Part shown: piece after piece, positions 60,990 to 64,000 of the stretch | How positions within the stretch are numbered: position 1 is the first letter of the stretch | Layout: the number at the start of each line of letters is the position of its first letter | DNA from: Lepidodermella squamata | Lineage: Eukaryota > Animalia > Gastrotricha | Direction of reading: 5' to 3' | DNA length: 64,000 nucleotides | Assembly (NCBI GenBank): GCA_047495785.1 | Contig: JBLDXI010000046.1 | Coordinates: 1,178,001-1,242,000 of the forward strand | Made by a program: the position numbers and the translations under genes | The notes under the pieces: model-generated | Told to the model about the DNA's origin: nothing | Seen by the model: only the letters and a program-made list of their open reading frames with translations | The model's database searches: none

Positions 60990-62871
60990 TTTGAGTTTTC
61001 TAAACAAAATATAATAATCAAATCACGATTAATAGTTGAGCAATTGAGATTTGAGAATAAAGGAATGGCACGTCAATGAGTAACGAGCCCAGATACATAC
61101 TTGCCCATTGACCAAGTAGTCCAGGACTATATGTTTTTGGCAGATAAAAAAAAATACATTTTCCATTTTTAATGAATTAGTTTAATTACGCAATCCAAAT
61201 GATAATCGGCATCGCGTCGAGCACTTTAAGCTGCCAAGAAGAAATAGCAGAAATAGCATTAGTTGAAAACATTTCAGCAATTGCACCGCAAGTCAGACAG
61301 ATTTAGACATACAGCCTAAAATCGTGGGCTTTCTATATAAACCTATGAAACTCCATAGCCGGCTCAAATAAAATCCTTCACTAATGGCTGTTTAGATATG
61401 CTTTTAACCTGAAGTCCACAACAGGCCAACTTAGTACGATTGATTGCTGTTGCAACTCACCGACCATACTTACGTTTTTTGTTATCACATACACTTCCAC
61501 ATCAAAGCTCTCATAACCAAAAGAAGCAAGGTACTTTATACTAAACATACTTACGAGAAGAGCAACTGAGTTCAATTTTCAATTCCTATCGTGAATCGTG
61601 AATATAATAGAAAGTGGAAAGAGAAGTGGGTAAAATGTTTGAAAGTAATTGAGATATCAAAATACAGTCGCGATATTGGAGCATACACAAAAAGGCTTGA
61701 GAAATTTGCATAAGCTAAACATGAAGTCTGAAGTCTAAAGGCTAACTTCGCACTAGGCACTAGTACAACTTGGGCAAACCTCAAACATCGTTTCCACTCA
61801 AAGATTTCGCCCGCGGGTGGGACGATGACCGTTCGATTCCGCGGAAAATATATGTCAAGGTTAAACCTGCGGATAATAAACAATTCTATTTTAGGACTAA
61901 GTAAAAATTTAAAATAATAGCTGAAAAACTGTGCTTTAATTAACAGGGTTAATGGTGGTAGTTTTTCTTTCGATTTTCTTTTGATTTCTCGATCGTCGAT
62001 CGTGGGGCAGCATAAGGTCATAATTCATTTCTTTACTCGAAAACCATCAAAACTTCACTAGAAAAACAGCAAATCGTTCTTGGAATCGATTCATGAAGTT
62101 TTACATGTTGCGCTAATTTAGGTGATGTTTAGGGTGGCGTTAATTGATACCGTTCGATATTAGTCGCACTAATAAATGAACTGTGCTTTCGCATGTAATA
62201 CAATGCGAGTGCGTGTGTTCATAATAAATGGATAACGCTGTTAACGTATAATATATGATTAGTGCGTGTTTGCAATGGTAGCGCATTTGTATCGAGGGCA
62301 GCAGGCGCGGTAATTTGGTGTAACGGGTGAAACCAGGAATAATTCATTGTCACTCACACTAAAAGTGGCCCCGAGATGAACCATAGTTTCAGAATCCAAT
62401 GATGATGTAATTTTAATTGAAAAGTCTTCAAACGAAACACTATTTTCAACAGCCCAAGCCGAATCGGTTTCGTTGCTGCTATTGAACATTATGAAGGCCT
62501 GCCATCAAATGGGTAAATCAAATAAAATCAGCACCGAACTATGTATCGCGGAGAGGAACGAAACAGTTATATAATAATTCTTAGTTTATTTCCATCCTTC
62601 ATCGATAACTGGTGAAATTATCATAATATTCTGTTCTCGAGCAGTTTAGCAGTGAAGTTTAGATTATCTCCCGAACTGCATTGCTAGACATAGGAGCGAA
62701 TCCGTGTAAATCTTTGGATATTTATGGCCTAGTTCGGCTCGGAAACCATCCAGGATCCAGGGTACACGGTAAAGCCGTTGAAATGGCCTGGCATACCAAA
62801 ACCAGCCCGACTTTCGCAATAGCTACTTTGTTCCACACGGTTGGAATCCGCACGGTTATCACCTACATCAC

Positions 62872-64000
62872 ATGGTTACCCGGCTCGGTCTCACCGTCCT
62901 CGAGTCCGCCCCGACTCACATCGATCTCCGCACTGGCTCCCTCTCGACCCTGGATGTCTGGGTGGTCAATGACGCCGCTTTACAGTTTCTCCGCGGGGGA
63001 GTTACCGTGGGTGACCGCCTCAGCAGCGACCACTTCAGCACTTCGCTACGCCTCGAAATACCCGTGATCGGGGCTCGTCGTTTGCTGCCTACTCCCGACC
63101 CCGCCCCGCGGTTCGATATATCTCGTGCCGATCGCCGAGGATTTCAACGAACGCTGTGGGACCTCCTGGCTGCTATCCCTCTTCCGCAGGTTGGCAACCC
63201 TCTGGACCGGCTGCTTGCGTACCGCCGTGCCATCAATGCCGCCATCGTCGAGGCGCGCCGCCTTCACGTACCTCTATGCGACCGAAGTGAATTACGGAAG
63301 CTCTCAATGTCTGCCGATATGCGGCTGATCCTAAAGCAAAAACGTGTCCTGGAGCGCGCGATTGGTCCTCATTGTGACCCACAGTTGGCTGTAGAGATAA
63401 AGCGACTCGACGGCGCGTTTCGCGACGCTAAGCAACAGCACGAGTTCCGCCGCGATGTGGCCAATCTGCGTACGGTAGAGGCTCTTTCGGGACAACTTCG
63501 GTATCGCGAGGCGTGGGTCCGGCTACGGCGGCTCGACCGACATCAGCCGCAGCGCTCGAGTGGACACATGAAACTGGACGATGGCACTGTTCTGGCGCCG
63601 TCTACTGCGCTCGCTGACCAGTTACTTACCCATTTCACTTTGCCGATGTCACCCTACTGCGACCCGACCGCCGACGACGCCCTGCGCCGGCATTGGCTCG
63701 AGCTTGAGACCCTGATGGCCACCGATCCTGGCCTTCAAAGCACGGCTACGATTCATCTGCCAGGCCCTGCCGACTTCAGTGTCAGCCAACGTATGCTTGC
63801 TCAAGAGATCGACCGTCTGCAACCGTTTAAGGCCCCAGGGATCGATGGCGTGGGTAATGTCTATTACAAGTGGGGTGGCGCTCCGTTGCAGGCTCACCTT
63901 CGGCGCCTCTACAATATGTGTCTCGGTAGCCGATTCGCCCTGCCCGATTGGAAAGAGGCGGTTGTTGTCGCTGTTCCCAAGCCGGGTAAGCCGTCTGACG
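62872..64000 (+). mobile_element. Non-LTR retrotransposon ORF2 (end of APE endonuclease, linker and start of RT; Jockey/I-like), runs off the window
   Basis: Uninterrupted frame from 62872, absent from the ORF track because it has no stop in the window: PTH..STLDV..SSDH (APE C-terminus), then KAPGIDG..LYNMC..WKEAVVVAVPKPGK (RT start); abrupt rise in GC. Confidence 0.9.

Overview
Gene-dense, AT-rich eukaryotic (invertebrate-type animal) genomic DNA with standard genetic code and mostly short (~45-60 nt) GT-AG introns; the ORF track fragments most genes, so models were rebuilt by hand from splice sites. About 24 genes are present. Housekeeping and other recognisable genes: RNF216-like RBR ligase, a divergent otopetrin, two tandem 4-TM paralogs, SCOC, an AltMIEF1-like LYR protein, MRPL22, CMTR1, a WDR76/DDB2-like WD40 protein, a KLF transcription factor, a PLAT-lipoxygenase, FBXO8, RBX1, POMP and MBOAT1/2. 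Mobile DNA: three LINE pieces, a Mutator-like element with a 9-bp TSD, and two MITEs. Main highlights: (1) a family of seven TRIM-like RING/B-box-like/coiled-coil genes, four of which splice in phase 0 onto a terminal ankyrin-repeat exon (TRIM-ANK), an unusual architecture; (2) four co-oriented clusters with gaps of about 47-300 nt and a splice acceptor just before each ATG, suggesting SL-trans-spliced operons, several with a ubiquitin-proteasome theme; (3) a dispersed motif TTAAGG[A/T/C]GG found about 19 times in both orientations, mostly in tiny introns; (4) a lipoxygenase whose iron ligands are replaced (His to Tyr twice, Asn to Lys); (5) a KLF and an otopetrin with substitutions at key functional residues. 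All family assignments come from motif recognition by eye, not database searches.
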